A DNA stretch of 64,000 nt from Desulfobacterales bacterium. GTDB taxonomy: Bacteria > Desulfobacterota > Desulfobacteria > Desulfobacterales > UBA5852. Position numbers and translations under genes: made by a program. The notes under the pieces are model-generated. The model had not been told where the DNA came from and did no database searches. It saw only the letters and a program-made list of their open reading frames with translations. The stretch covers positions 1,376,001 to 1,440,000 of the forward strand of contig CAXXVS010000003.1 in NCBI GenBank assembly GCA_963674755.2, written 5' to 3'. Positions 50,166 to 60,378 of the stretch are shown here, in pieces. Position 1 is the stretch's first letter. Every line of letters begins with the position of its first letter.

Positions 50166-52187
50166 TTAATCGCCGAAGGCCTTTTCCACCACGTCTTCCA
50201 CCAATCCCTCGTCAGGCAGGTACGGCAGGGTAATGTGGTCGGAGCTGTTGGCATTGTGCTCGATAGCGGTCTGGATTGAATTTTCGTTGCGGGCCCAGGC
50301 CCGCCGGGCCACACCGCCCATCACATCCCAGGTCATGGCCGAACGGATGATGGCATCCGTTTCCGGCCGCCCGTCGAGCACCAGACCGAACCCGCCGTTG
50401 ATTGCCCGGCCGATCCCCACGCCGCCGCCGTTGTGCAGGGTGACCAGGGTCATTCCCCGGGCGGCATTGCCGGCAAAGCATTGGGTGGCCATATCGGCCA
50501 TTACGTTGCTGCCGTCTTTGATATTGGCCGTTTCACGGAAGGGAGAGTCGGTGCCGCCGGTGTCGTGATGGTCCCGTCCGAGCATCACCGGGCCTATTTT
50601 GCCCTCGCGAACCAATTGGTTGAAACGCAAGGCGATCTTTACTCGTCCCTGGGCGTCCTGATACAAAATCCGGGCCTGGGTTCCGACCACCATCCGGTGC
50701 TTTTCCGCATCCCGGATCCAGATGTAATTGTCCCGGTCCTGGGAACGACGATCCGGATCGATGCATGCCATGGCGGCCTGGTCGGTCCGCATCAGATCCT
50801 CGTGGCGCCCGCTCAGGCAGACCCAGCGGAAGGGCCCGTAGCCGAAGTCGAAAATCTGGGGGCCCATGATGTCTTCCACGTAGGAGGGGAAGATAAAGCC
50901 GTCTTTTTCATCGACCCCGTTGCGGGATATTTCCGAGACGCCGGCATCGTAGACCGCTTTCATAAAGGAATTGCCGTAGTCGAAAAAATAGACCCCGCGT
51001 TCGACAAGCGTCTTGATCAGCTCAAACTGGCGTCTGAGGCTCTGATCGATCAAGGCTGCGAAGCGCTGACGATCTTCTTTAAGCATCCGGGTGCGCTCGG
51101 CGAAATCGATTCCCTGGGGGCAGTAGCCGCCACTGTAGGGAACATGGCAGGACGTTTGGTCCGAGAGCAGATCCACGTGGATTTTCTTTGCCACGATATA
51201 TTCGAGCAGGTCGACGATATTGCCGGCATAGGCAATGGAAACCGGCTTTCTGGCTTGCAAATAGTCATTGGCGATCCGAAATACTTCCTCCAGATCCCCG
51301 GACATCTTGCTCACCCATCCCTGGTTGTGGCGGGTTTTAATCCGGGATTCGTCCACCTCGGCAATGATACCCACGGCACCGGCGATTTCCACCGCCTTGC
51401 CCTGGGCGCCGCTCATCCCCCCCAGGCCGGAGGAGACGAACAGCCGGCCGGCCAGGTCCTCGTCGGCGGGTACGCCAAGCTCCAGGCGCCCGGCACTGAG
51501 GATCGTGTTGTAGGTGCCGTGCACAATTCCCTGGGGCCCGATATACATCCATCCGCCGGCGGTCATTTGCCCATAGTTGGCCACCCCCATTTGCTCGGCG
51601 ATTTCCCAGTCTTGCGGATTGTCAAACATGCCGATCATCAGGGCGTTGGTTAAAATCACTCGCGGGCTGTCCGGTTTGGAACGGAAGAGTCCCACCGGGT
51701 GGCCGGACTCCAGCACCAGGGTTTGATCCTCAGTCATCATCTCGAGATACTTCTTGATCAGGCGGTACTGCATCCAGTTCTGGCACACGCTGCCGGTTTC
51801 ACCATAGGTCACCAGCTCATAGGGATAAAGGGCCACATCAAAATCCAGATTGTTATCGATCTGGACCTGCAGGGCTTTTCCGGCTAGGCACTTGCCCTTG
51901 TACGTATCGATGGGGCGCCCCTGAATAGGGCCGGCCGGCCGAAAGCGGTAGCCGTAAATCCGACCCCGGGTACGCAGTTCCTCCATAAATTCCGGCGCCA
52001 GGCGGGCGTGGTGGGATTCGGGTATGTAGCGCAACGCATTCTTCAGCGCGATCTGGGTCTGCGCTTTGGTCAGCCGGAACCCGCGGTCCGGCGCCCGGCG
52101 GATCCCCTCGACGAACGCCGGCAGTTCCGGCAATTCTTCATCCATCTTAATGGTCATGGCATTAGAAATGATCTTGTTGTCCAACAT
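50166..52187 (-). CDS. hutU: Urocanate hydratase (long form)
   Basis: NNLDFDVA, YGQMTAGGWMYIGPQGIVHGT, GLGGMSGAQ, SDQTSCH, GRDHHD, HNGGGVG. Confidence 0.96.
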   Translation of the reverse strand: MLDNKIISNAMTIKMDEELPELPAFVEGIRRAPDRGFRLTKAQTQIALKNALRYIPESHHARLAPEFMEELRTRGRIYGYRFRPAGPIQGRPIDTYKGKCLAGKALQVQIDNNLDFDVALYPYELVTYGETGSVCQNWMQYRLIKKYLEMMTEDQTLVLESGHPVGLFRSKPDSPRVILTNALMIGMFDNPQDWEIAEQMGVANYGQMTAGGWMYIGPQGIVHGTYNTILSAGRLELGVPADEDLAGRLFVSSGLGGMSGAQGKAVEIAGAVGIIAEVDESRIKTRHNQGWVSKMSGDLEEVFRIANDYLQARKPVSIAYAGNIVDLLEYIVAKKIHVDLLSDQTSCHVPYSGGYCPQGIDFAERTRMLKEDRQRFAALIDQSLRRQFELIKTLVERGVYFFDYGNSFMKAVYDAGVSEISRNGVDEKDGFIFPSYVEDIMGPQIFDFGYGPFRWVCLSGRHEDLMRTDQAAMACIDPDRRSQDRDNYIWIRDAEKHRMVVGTQARILYQDAQGRVKIALRFNQLVREGKIGPVMLGRDHHDTGGTDSPFRETANIKDGSNVMADMATQCFAGNAARGMTLVTLHNGGGVGIGRAINGGFGLVLDGRPETDAIIRSAMTWDVMGGVARRAWARNENSIQTAIEHNANSSDHITLPYLPDEGLVEDVVEKAFGD

Positions 52188-52256
52188 GGTTCGTTCCCTC
52201 TCCCGTATTTCCTTTAACCCTATGATTCCGGCACCGGCTGTCGGCCGGGCCGTGTC

Positions 52257-53654
52257 CTAGTGACCGTGCAATTCAGTTATGATCTGGGCCATACTCCGCT
52301 CGCCCGGATCGTCTTCGATAGTTTTCAGAAAACGTTTCGCGTTTTTGCCACCGACTATCGGGGCCGCGAGTTTCATGAATTTGTCCTGGATTTCGCTCAT
52401 CGTAAAAGGGTTCTCGGGGCTTCCCTTGACGAAGCTGACCTCTTTTTCATAGCGTGTATCGCCAACCCAGACGGCGGCTTTACCCAGCAAGCGGTCCTGG
52501 TCATCAAGAAGCTGCTGAAGTCCCTCATCCAGGTGAACTTCGATCTTGTCGGCAATGCGCCGGTAGGCTTCGTTTTCCAGATACTGGTCGAAGGCCAGGT
52601 ACCAGTCCGGCCCGGGGTCTTCGGTGAGCAGATACATGGCCGTCAGGTATTTTACGCTGGAGGCCGTATCCACGGATGTGCCCGGCGGATAATAGCTGAA
52701 ATTTTTTCCCAGCTTCGTCGGTGCGAAGAGATCGATCTTTTTCACGTCGTCGACCTTGAGATCGTTTTCCTCCAGCGCCAGGCGTACAGCTTCGATGCAG
52801 GGCTGGTTGAAGTAGCAGCTCGGAATCTGCTTATAGGTGATGGAATCGATGACGAACGTGCGGCCCCAGTCTGCGAACAGCTTGTCGGGGTCGTAGTGTG
52901 CCGAGCCGGCGATTTTGAAGAACTCCGTCTCCTTTTCCAGCAACAGATGGCTAGCCTTGAAGGGCGTCCGGGCAAACAGGGCGGCGGTGATGCCGGCGAA
53001 ACAGGCATGGCCGGGCATGTCCCGATGCCAGGAAGCGGGGCGCTGGTCTTCGCGAAAGCCCCACATGGCCATGGTAACCGGCAGCGGCGCCAGCGTGCCG
53101 GCAATGCCAAGCGCGTTAACGGTTTCGGCTTCGTCAAAACCGAGCACCCGGGCGCAGGCAACTGCGGCTGCCAGGGCGTAATGGGTCGAAAAGCTGTAGA
53201 CTTCCGGCCGCCGGGGTTCAATCGCCAGTGCATAACGACCGGCCATTTCGTACCCCAAAATGGTGGCGGCGAAAACCTTTTGCAAACTGGCATCCACTTT
53301 TTCCGCCACCGCCAGAACCGCCGGGACGATGCCCTCGCCGGGGTGGCTGATGATAATCGTCCCCGGTTTGAAATTGTCGCTCAGATCGGGGCCGACACAG
53401 CACTGTCCGGTGATGTAGGCCGCAATGGGAGCGGGCAGTTTGCGGCCATCACCGAGGACTGTGGCTTCCGGCAGGCCGCCGAAACTACCGAAGACCTCGA
53501 TGGCGGCCCTTCCCACCGGCGAACGGGCCCCGGCGATCATACAACCAACCGTATCGATAATCGCCTTCTTGGTTTCCGTGATCGTTTTTTCCGGAAAAGA
53601 TTCCGTACCCACAACCTGCTGGACAAACTGTTGTGTCACACCTTCCATTCTCAC
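52257..53654 (-). CDS. MmgE/PrpD family protein
   Basis: IIDTVGC, SHPG, GYE, YKQIPSC, KGSPENP, KF. Confidence 0.85.
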   Translation of the reverse strand: MRMEGVTQQFVQQVVGTESFPEKTITETKKAIIDTVGCMIAGARSPVGRAAIEVFGSFGGLPEATVLGDGRKLPAPIAAYITGQCCVGPDLSDNFKPGTIIISHPGEGIVPAVLAVAEKVDASLQKVFAATILGYEMAGRYALAIEPRRPEVYSFSTHYALAAAVACARVLGFDEAETVNALGIAGTLAPLPVTMAMWGFREDQRPASWHRDMPGHACFAGITAALFARTPFKASHLLLEKETEFFKIAGSAHYDPDKLFADWGRTFVIDSITYKQIPSCYFNQPCIEAVRLALEENDLKVDDVKKIDLFAPTKLGKNFSYYPPGTSVDTASSVKYLTAMYLLTEDPGPDWYLAFDQYLENEAYRRIADKIEVHLDEGLQQLLDDQDRLLGKAAVWVGDTRYEKEVSFVKGSPENPFTMSEIQDKFMKLAAPIVGGKNAKRFLKTIEDDPGERSMAQIITELHGH

Positions 53655-53672
53655 ATCCTTTCTTTACGGTCT

Positions 53673-55049
53673 TTACGCAAATAACTGGATCAGCTCAGCT
53701 ATATCCGTACACGCTTCCAGGTGGTCGATGCTTTCGATAACGTGTCTTACGCGGTTTTCTCCGATGGACTTTACAGCGTTGTCGCGGAATTTGTCTTCAA
53801 AGTCCTTTCGGGAAAAGGGTTTTTGGGGATGGCCTTTGGCGCAGTACTCTTGCTTTTCGTAAACGCGTCCGCTTTTAGCCCGGAGGCGCACCTTCGGGCT
53901 AAGCACGCTTTCCTCCGCTCGCCGCCGTTCCACCGCTTCATCAGCAATGAGCTTGATGTTCCGGCTGATCCGGCGGATTTCCGGGCTGGTCAGGTTCTCC
54001 GGCGAATACCAGTCCGGCGAAGGCGCAACCCCCTTCAAGATCATCGCCGCGGCATAGGGCAGGCTGAACTGGGCATCGATCATGGAGACCGGTTCGGTGA
54101 CGTTAAAAACCTTGGCCAGATAGGGGGTCAGGTACACTTCCACGGTTTCGATGTCGGCGGGTGTCAGCGCCGTCTCGGCCAGCAGCATGACCAGCGAATC
54201 AAGGCTGGACTGCATGAAGCGGCAGGTGGGGTAGGGCTTGAAACTGAGCTGGTCGAACAGGTAGTCTTCCCCGAAACCCTTCAAGATTTCCCTGTCTTTG
54301 TAATCGGAAGAACCGCACAGCAGATAATAGCCGCTCCGGGCATCGAGTGCGTTCTGGCAGCCGAACAGACCGTTGCGGGCCAGCAGCGCACTCATCAATC
54401 CGGTTGAGGCCGCAAAGCCGACCCCGTCCTTGACCCAGGACATGGGCCGTGATTCAAGTCCCCACATCATATTCGTGTTCGGTACCGGCGCTGAGGCGGC
54501 GGCGATGCCCAGGGCATTGACCAGCGCCCTGGCGGGCAGGTCCAGGACCACCGCCGAAGCGGCCGCCGCTCCCATCACCTGGGTATTGCCGAATCCCCAG
54601 AAATCGTCACGCCGGGGTTCGATGGCCTTGGCAAGCCGGGCCGCGACCTCGTAGCCCATAACAATGGCGCGTATGAGCGCTTTCCCGGTGCATTTGCCGA
54701 TCTCGGCCGCGGCCACCGCCGCCGGTACAATGGCCGGGCCCGGATGGGAGACCGCCAGCGATCCGATCTCGACCGTATCGTCGAAATCGAGCACCTGGCA
54801 CAAAAAGGCATTGATGAAAGCGGCTTCCATCATGGCGGCCCGGCCGGCCCCGCCCCAAATCGTGCAGCCCCCATCGGCGGATGGAGAGCGGGATTTCAGA
54901 AAGATGCCTCCGACCTCTGTTTCCAGGGCCCCCAGGGCATTGCCGACATTGTCCATGATGGCCATTTTGGCCTGAAGGACAGTCGTTTCCGGCAAATCGC
55001 CGAATCCGATCCGGCCGATCCGTTCGGCTAGTGTGCTTGTGATCTTCAT
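53673..55049 (-). CDS. MmgE/PrpD family protein
   Basis: LDFDD, SHPG, GYEV, FKPYPTC, AQFSLPY, KGHPQKP. Confidence 0.9.
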   Translation of the reverse strand: MKITSTLAERIGRIGFGDLPETTVLQAKMAIMDNVGNALGALETEVGGIFLKSRSPSADGGCTIWGGAGRAAMMEAAFINAFLCQVLDFDDTVEIGSLAVSHPGPAIVPAAVAAAEIGKCTGKALIRAIVMGYEVAARLAKAIEPRRDDFWGFGNTQVMGAAAASAVVLDLPARALVNALGIAAASAPVPNTNMMWGLESRPMSWVKDGVGFAASTGLMSALLARNGLFGCQNALDARSGYYLLCGSSDYKDREILKGFGEDYLFDQLSFKPYPTCRFMQSSLDSLVMLLAETALTPADIETVEVYLTPYLAKVFNVTEPVSMIDAQFSLPYAAAMILKGVAPSPDWYSPENLTSPEIRRISRNIKLIADEAVERRRAEESVLSPKVRLRAKSGRVYEKQEYCAKGHPQKPFSRKDFEDKFRDNAVKSIGENRVRHVIESIDHLEACTDIAELIQLFA

Positions 55050-55085
55050 ATTGCGTAACTTTTCCCCGTACCCGTCCGGCAGACC

Positions 55086-55775
55086 TTAAAGCTGCTTTTG
55101 CGTCAATTTGAGGCCCGGGATTTCCATTTTCTTTTCAAAGGCGTTAATCAGACGGCTGGCGAACGTCACCAACACCCAGTAAATCACGCCTGCCATGATA
55201 AAAATCTCGATCGGCTTGAAATAGCGGCTTGTCAGGACCTTGGCCTCGGTCATCAGTTCGGGTACCGTGACCATATAGGCCAGTGAAGAGTACTTGATCA
55301 GGTAGGTGATCTCATTAGAGCAGGAGGGAATGGCCTTGCGCAGGGCCTGCGGCAGCACGATAAACACGATCGCCTGCCATTTGCTCATGGCCAGGGAACG
55401 GGCGGCCATCACCTGGGTGGCGGCGATGGAATTGATGGCCCCACGAATGTATTCGGCGTGATAGGCGCCGCTGCAGATGCTGAATGCCGTGATGGCGCAA
55501 AAAAACGGCGTGAGACGCAGCCCCCATGCTGCCAGAACATAAAAAAGAATAAACAATTGCACCAATAGCGGAATGCCGCGGAAGATGATTTGGTGCAGCA
55601 GACACAGGTGCCGGATTCCCGGCCGTCCGTAAACCCGCCCCACGGCGGACAAAATACCCACCAGAAGACCAATGGGCGCCGAGGCAACAATCAATTCCAA
55701 AGAGACGATGGTGCCTTTAATCAGCGGGGGCAGCACCGTGTGGTACAAAAAATTAATTTCTCCCATTGGATTCAA
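55086..55775 (-). CDS. Polar amino acid ABC transporter permease
   Basis: FRGIPLLVQL, AEYIRG, LPQA. Confidence 0.93.
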   Translation of the reverse strand: MNPMGEINFLYHTVLPPLIKGTIVSLELIVASAPIGLLVGILSAVGRVYGRPGIRHLCLLHQIIFRGIPLLVQLFILFYVLAAWGLRLTPFFCAITAFSICSGAYHAEYIRGAINSIAATQVMAARSLAMSKWQAIVFIVLPQALRKAIPSCSNEITYLIKYSSLAYMVTVPELMTEAKVLTSRYFKPIEIFIMAGVIYWVLVTFASRLINAFEKKMEIPGLKLTQKQL

Positions 55776-56533
55776 CCCTTGCCGTAAAGCTCTTCGAGTT
55801 TGTGAAGAAATTCGCCCGTCCGTTTCTCGCGGGGATTTGAAAACATCTGGGTTATCGGCCCGCTTTCGAGAATTTTGCCGCCCTCCATGAAAAACATCCG
55901 GTCCCCGGCCGAACGGGCAAACCCCATTTCATGGGTCACCACCATCATGGTCATTTGGCGCTGCGCCAGCTTTTTCATAATTTCAAGCACTTCTCCGATC
56001 AATTCCGGATCCAGGGCCGAGGTCGGTTCGTCGAACAGGATCAACTCCGGCTCCATGGCCAGGGCCCGGGCAATGCCCACCCGTTGTTTTTGCCCTCCCG
56101 AGAGTTCCCCCGGATAGACGTTCATCCATCGGTCCAGCCCCACATCGGTCAGCTTTTCCGAAGCGATTTCCCGCGCGGCGATCTTGTCCATATTTTTCCC
56201 TTTGATCAAACCGATGGTGACATTCGAGAGCACCGTCAAATGATCGAAAAGGGCGAAATCCTGAAATACCATGCTCATTTTCTGCCGGATCTCGTTAACG
56301 TTTTTCCTGGCCACCTCTTTTCCGTTGAACCAAATGCGACCTGTTTCCGGGGGAACCAGATGGTTGATGCAGCGCAAAAGGGTGCTTTTTCCTGTTCCTG
56401 AAGGTCCCGCAATGATGATGCATTCTCCTCGTTCGACTTCAAACGAGATGCCATCCAGGATTTTGGTTTCACCGTAGGATTTGTGAATGTCTTCCGCCTT
56501 TAAGATGACATCCGGCTGCTCTTTTGTATTCAT
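55772..56533 (-). CDS. Polar amino acid ABC transporter ATP-binding protein
   Basis: GPSGTGKS, LSGGQKQR, FDEPTSALDPE, THEMGFA. Confidence 0.95.
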   Translation of the reverse strand: MNTKEQPDVILKAEDIHKSYGETKILDGISFEVERGECIIIAGPSGTGKSTLLRCINHLVPPETGRIWFNGKEVARKNVNEIRQKMSMVFQDFALFDHLTVLSNVTIGLIKGKNMDKIAAREIASEKLTDVGLDRWMNVYPGELSGGQKQRVGIARALAMEPELILFDEPTSALDPELIGEVLEIMKKLAQRQMTMMVVTHEMGFARSAGDRMFFMEGGKILESGPITQMFSNPREKRTGEFLHKLEELYGKG

Positions 56534-56534
56534 C

Positions 56535-57200
56535 TTAATGGTATCCAGGGATTTTGAATTTTTTTTCCGCGATGTGCAGCACCTTGATGCCGCCATAAGT
56601 CAGGCAAAGATAGATGCCGGCGATGGTCAGATAGATAGTGGTTGGATCGAAAGTGCGCTCGATAATGAAGCCGCCCCGGGTCACCAGCTCGGCCAGGCCG
56701 ATCGAGTAGGCCACTGCTGAATCCTTCAGCACGATGCTGTACTCGCTGGTAAAGCCCGGGATCGACAGCCGCAGGGTTTGCGGCAAGAGAATGTATACAA
56801 TGGACTTGTGCAGGCTCAGCCCCATGGAGCGCGCCGCCATCAGTTGACTGGAGCCGATGGCCTGGATGCTGCCCCGAAAAATTTGGGACTGGTAGGCCGC
56901 ACTGCGCAGCCCGAAGGCCAGCAGCGCCGCTCCGAAAGCGCCGACTTTGATCCCGACGGCGGGCAGCCCCAGCCAGAACAGCCACAGCAAAAGCAGTTCC
57001 GGTTGGCTTCGGAAAAAATTGACATATGTGTTGAGTGCGCGCTGGATGGCCTTACCACCGAACAATTGGCCGAAAGCAATCAAAAGGCCCAGGACCGCAC
57101 CGACCAAAAGGGCGCTCAACACGATGCCGATCGTGATCCCTGCTCCCGACAGCAGATAGGGCAACGATTTCAGTGCCAGCCCGACATCAAATCCCATCAT
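56535..57200 (-). CDS. Polar amino acid ABC transporter permease
   Basis: FRSQPEL, AYQSQIFRG, LKDS. Confidence 0.92.
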   Translation of the reverse strand: MMGFDVGLALKSLPYLLSGAGITIGIVLSALLVGAVLGLLIAFGQLFGGKAIQRALNTYVNFFRSQPELLLLWLFWLGLPAVGIKVGAFGAALLAFGLRSAAYQSQIFRGSIQAIGSSQLMAARSMGLSLHKSIVYILLPQTLRLSIPGFTSEYSIVLKDSAVAYSIGLAELVTRGGFIIERTFDPTTIYLTIAGIYLCLTYGGIKVLHIAEKKFKIPGYH

Positions 57201-57292
57201 TCGTCCTTTTCAGCATCAGAAAAACGATTTGCCTGAAGGAGCCGCAGATGACCAAGCCGCCAGCGGTCCTTCAGACAACATCGAAGAGAGGA

Positions 57293-58069
57293 TTACCGCA
57301 AATGGTACTTTGCAATGAGTTCATCCCACTCTGGGGAAGACTTGATCTTGGCCAATCCCGCATTTAATTTCGCCTTGAGATCTCCGTCACCTTTTCGTAC
57401 CCCGATGCCATAGCCGGACCCCCAGACGGTGGCACCAATGATTTTTAGAGACTTACCCTTGATGACCTCCCGGCCGGTGGACATGGCGCTGCAGAACGCC
57501 AAATCGGCCCGCTTGACCAGGACGGCCTGGACCGCCAGGGGAAAGGTATCGTACCAATCGAGTTTCAGATCGATCTTGGTGTTTTTCTTCAGTTGCTGGG
57601 CAAACCACTCGCCATTGGCAGATCCGCGCTGGACAGCGATGGTTCCTCCCGAGAACAAGGCGTTAACCAAGTCGTCCTGATAGCCCTCGGAGGCAATGAT
57701 CGGGGCCATACTTTTCCAGTAGATCTCGGTAAAATCGATGATTTTTTTTCGTTCCGCCGTGGCGGACATGCCCGAGGCAATAAAATCGATTTCACCCGCT
57801 TGAAGCGCCGGAATGATACTTTCCCACTTCAAGGGTTTGACAACGACCTTGAAGTTCTGATCTTTGGCGATCCAGGCGATCATGTCGATGTCAAATCCGC
57901 TGGCCTTGCCATTTTCGTCTACAAAGGTAAAAGGCGGATAGGCCGGATCCACCCCTTGAACGAGGGTCAGTTGTTCACCGGCCCGGACAGGGCCGACCCC
58001 GACGCCCACCATCATCAACAGAGAAACGGACAAAACAACAGACGCTACACGGCACAGATTCTGACTCAT
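57293..58069 (-). CDS. Polar amino acid ABC transporter substrate-binding protein
   Basis: Signal peptide, YPPF, GFDID, SGMSATAER. Confidence 0.93.
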   Translation of the reverse strand: MSQNLCRVASVVLSVSLLMMVGVGVGPVRAGEQLTLVQGVDPAYPPFTFVDENGKASGFDIDMIAWIAKDQNFKVVVKPLKWESIIPALQAGEIDFIASGMSATAERKKIIDFTEIYWKSMAPIIASEGYQDDLVNALFSGGTIAVQRGSANGEWFAQQLKKNTKIDLKLDWYDTFPLAVQAVLVKRADLAFCSAMSTGREVIKGKSLKIIGATVWGSGYGIGVRKGDGDLKAKLNAGLAKIKSSPEWDELIAKYHLR

Positions 58070-58192
58070 GGTTTTCTCCCTTTAGTTTTGGGCGACCTCG
58101 TCGCGTTTACTATCTCATTCCGTAGGCCCTTCTTTTTCGTCTCCTGGCATTCGCCGGCTTGAGCGCCAAGTCGGACCTCTGGCTTTAGCCGC

Positions 58193-58897
58193 TTACCTCA
58201 GCTGATCCAAAATACTTTGATAGTGTTTTCGAATGGCGGAACTAAACTGATGAAAGGATTTGCTCTTCAAGCCTTCGATGATATTTTTATGGCTCAGTAG
58301 ATGTTCTGGGATACGCCCTCCACTGTAATCCTCATGGATATCGCGGCTGATGGCCAGATTGGTCTCTTTCCAGAGGTATTCCATCAGATTTTCCAGGGGT
58401 TTGTTTTTCCGTTTCATCAGGATTTTGGATAAATCCGAATGGAACTCCTGACTGGCCTTGAGGTACCCTTTGTAATTTCCTTTTTCACCCGCCGCCTTCA
58501 TCTTCTCTAAGCATTTTTCCAGTGTATCGATGTCGTCTATAGTAACTTCTTCCAATTTTTCGGCCGCACACCCCAACTCGATAACCTGGCGCAATCCGAT
58601 GATCTCATCGATGTCGGCATTTCCCAGGATCCCAAATCTGCCTTCCGGGCTTGCTTGTTTTCGTGAGACATAGGTGCCGTTCCCCTGGTGAGATTCAACA
58701 ATACCTAATATAATCAATGCTTTAAGTGACTCGCGCAACGCGCCTCGGCTGACCCCCAGCGCTTCTGCCATCTGCCGCTCATTGGGCAGCTTGTCTCCCG
58801 GCTTGTAGGCACCGTTTTGGATCAACTCCATGATTTGATCGATAATCATGGAATACTTGGTCTTTGTCTCGATTTTGGCGAATCCTGTTTTTGCCAT
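58193..58897 (-). CDS. GntR/FadR family regulator
   Basis: PGDKLPNER, GVSRGALRE, GNGTYV. Confidence 0.92.
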   Translation of the reverse strand: MAKTGFAKIETKTKYSMIIDQIMELIQNGAYKPGDKLPNERQMAEALGVSRGALRESLKALIILGIVESHQGNGTYVSRKQASPEGRFGILGNADIDEIIGLRQVIELGCAAEKLEEVTIDDIDTLEKCLEKMKAAGEKGNYKGYLKASQEFHSDLSKILMKRKNKPLENLMEYLWKETNLAISRDIHEDYSGGRIPEHLLSHKNIIEGLKSKSFHQFSSAIRKHYQSILDQLR

Positions 58898-58936
58898 TCT
58901 GCGGTGAATTCCTTTAGAGGCTGAGGTGGAAGGATA

Positions 58937-58953
58937 AATTGGTAAAACCATTT
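58937..58953. promoter_or_regulatory. FadR/PdhR-type operator (likely autoregulatory)
   Basis: AATTGGTAAAACCATTT fits TGGT-N3-ACCA; TTGACA on the minus strand at 58992-58987. Confidence 0.6.
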
Positions 58954-59391
58954 GGCCAATTAACCATTAACATCGGTTGTGATCACTGTCAAGCTTCTTT
59001 TCATAGCCATCGGTGTGCCGGTCGATCAACTGGGGAGATATTGAAATGACGGGTGGAAAGGATACTTTCCAGGCGGGTTCAAAAGTGCTCCCGATCAAGG
59101 CGTGAAAGAAGATATCCCGCTGTTTTTAAATGACATCGAATTTAATCGATACAATAGGATCTAATCGCGCAATTTCAGGGCCACTGTCTTGAGAGATTTA
59201 AAAGAACTGCAGGAATTAAATTTGATAGTAAAACAAGGGCATCGCTATCGTGCAAATACGGGATTGTTAGGGGCGATGTTGCCCAGCAGAGAATCTGCGT
59301 CAGAAAGATCATGTTCAATAAGAATTGATCAACCTTTACAATGACAAGGTTCCCCTGACGCCACTTCTGGCAGTATTAACAGCCGTTTTCC

Positions 59392-60290
59392 TCAGATTCT
59401 CTTCCCGAACGCCTGTCGGGCCAATTTGCGGTTTCTCGGCCGGTAGGTGCCGTCGGCCTTTTCCCGCCGCATGACCTGCTCCATCAGCTTGAACATCTTC
59501 ATGCGCTGGGGCTCATCGTGGTAGAAGGTCCGCCAGGCATAGCCCAGCAGTTCCTGCAGTTTTTCCGGGGCCATCTGACGGGGCTGGTAGACCACCTTGT
59601 CGGCGGTGTACTGGTCCCAGTCGTAAGTCAGGATGCGTTTTTGCTCGTGCAGCTCCTCGTAAGCCAGGGTGTGGGGAAAGGGTGTCAGCACGGTGAACTC
59701 CGCCAGGTCCAGATCGATTTCCAGGAGAAAATCCACCAGGCGTTTGATGCTGTCCTCGGTGTGGCTGTCCAGGCCCAACAGGATGGTGCCCTCCACGCCG
59801 ATGCCGTGGTCGTGGTAGCGCCTGATGCGGTCCCGGATGGTGTCCGAGCAGTCGAAGACCGCCTGATAGACGTACCAGGCCCCGGCTTGGGCGGCCAGGT
59901 CGAGCACGTCCGGCTTGTCCTCGATGGGATGGCTGCACCACTTCTTCTTCAGCGGGATCATCTCCCGGAAGAGGTCCCGCTCCCACTGGGTGTCCTGGGC
60001 CAGGGAGTTGTCCACGATAAAGAGGCGGTTGTTGTCGATGGCGGCCATTTCGGCAATGGTCTTCTCGATGGGCCGGGGACGGAAATGCCGGCCTCCCAGG
60101 AAGGCCACGCAGCAGGGGTAACAGTTGAAGCGGCATCCCCGGGAGGCGTGCACCAGATCCACCATCTGGATGCCTTTGTAGTTGTAAAGGTCGCGGTTCA
60201 AGATATCCCGGCGGGCCGTGCCCACCCATTCGATGGGGGGGGGGCGGTCGTCCAGATAGTCGTAGACCGGCTTGAGGCGATCGTGTCGTG
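59392..60290 (-). pseudogene. 5'-truncated radical SAM protein (cobalamin-binding class-like)
   Basis: SRGCRFNCYPC motif only about 45 codons from the breakpoint; frame runs into palindrome copy 3. Confidence 0.8.
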
Positions 60291-60298
60291 GGTCTAAT

Positions 60299-60360
60299 GG
60301 GGTCAAGTCTGCCCATGACCCAATTAAATTTCAAGATGAGTCATGGGCAGACTTGACCCC
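60299..60360. repeat. 62-bp palindromic element, copy 3
   Basis: Identical to copy 2; followed by tandem end-like units AAGGATTGACTCC AAGGATTGACTAC. Confidence 0.95.
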
Positions 60361-60378
60361 AAGGATTGACTCCAAGGA

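Noticed and set aside
60299..60360. Palindrome as a simple terminator or protelomerase site
   Set aside because: No U-tract; here it lies between divergent 5'-truncated genes; it has a 20-nt asymmetric spacer; no protelomerase gene in the window.
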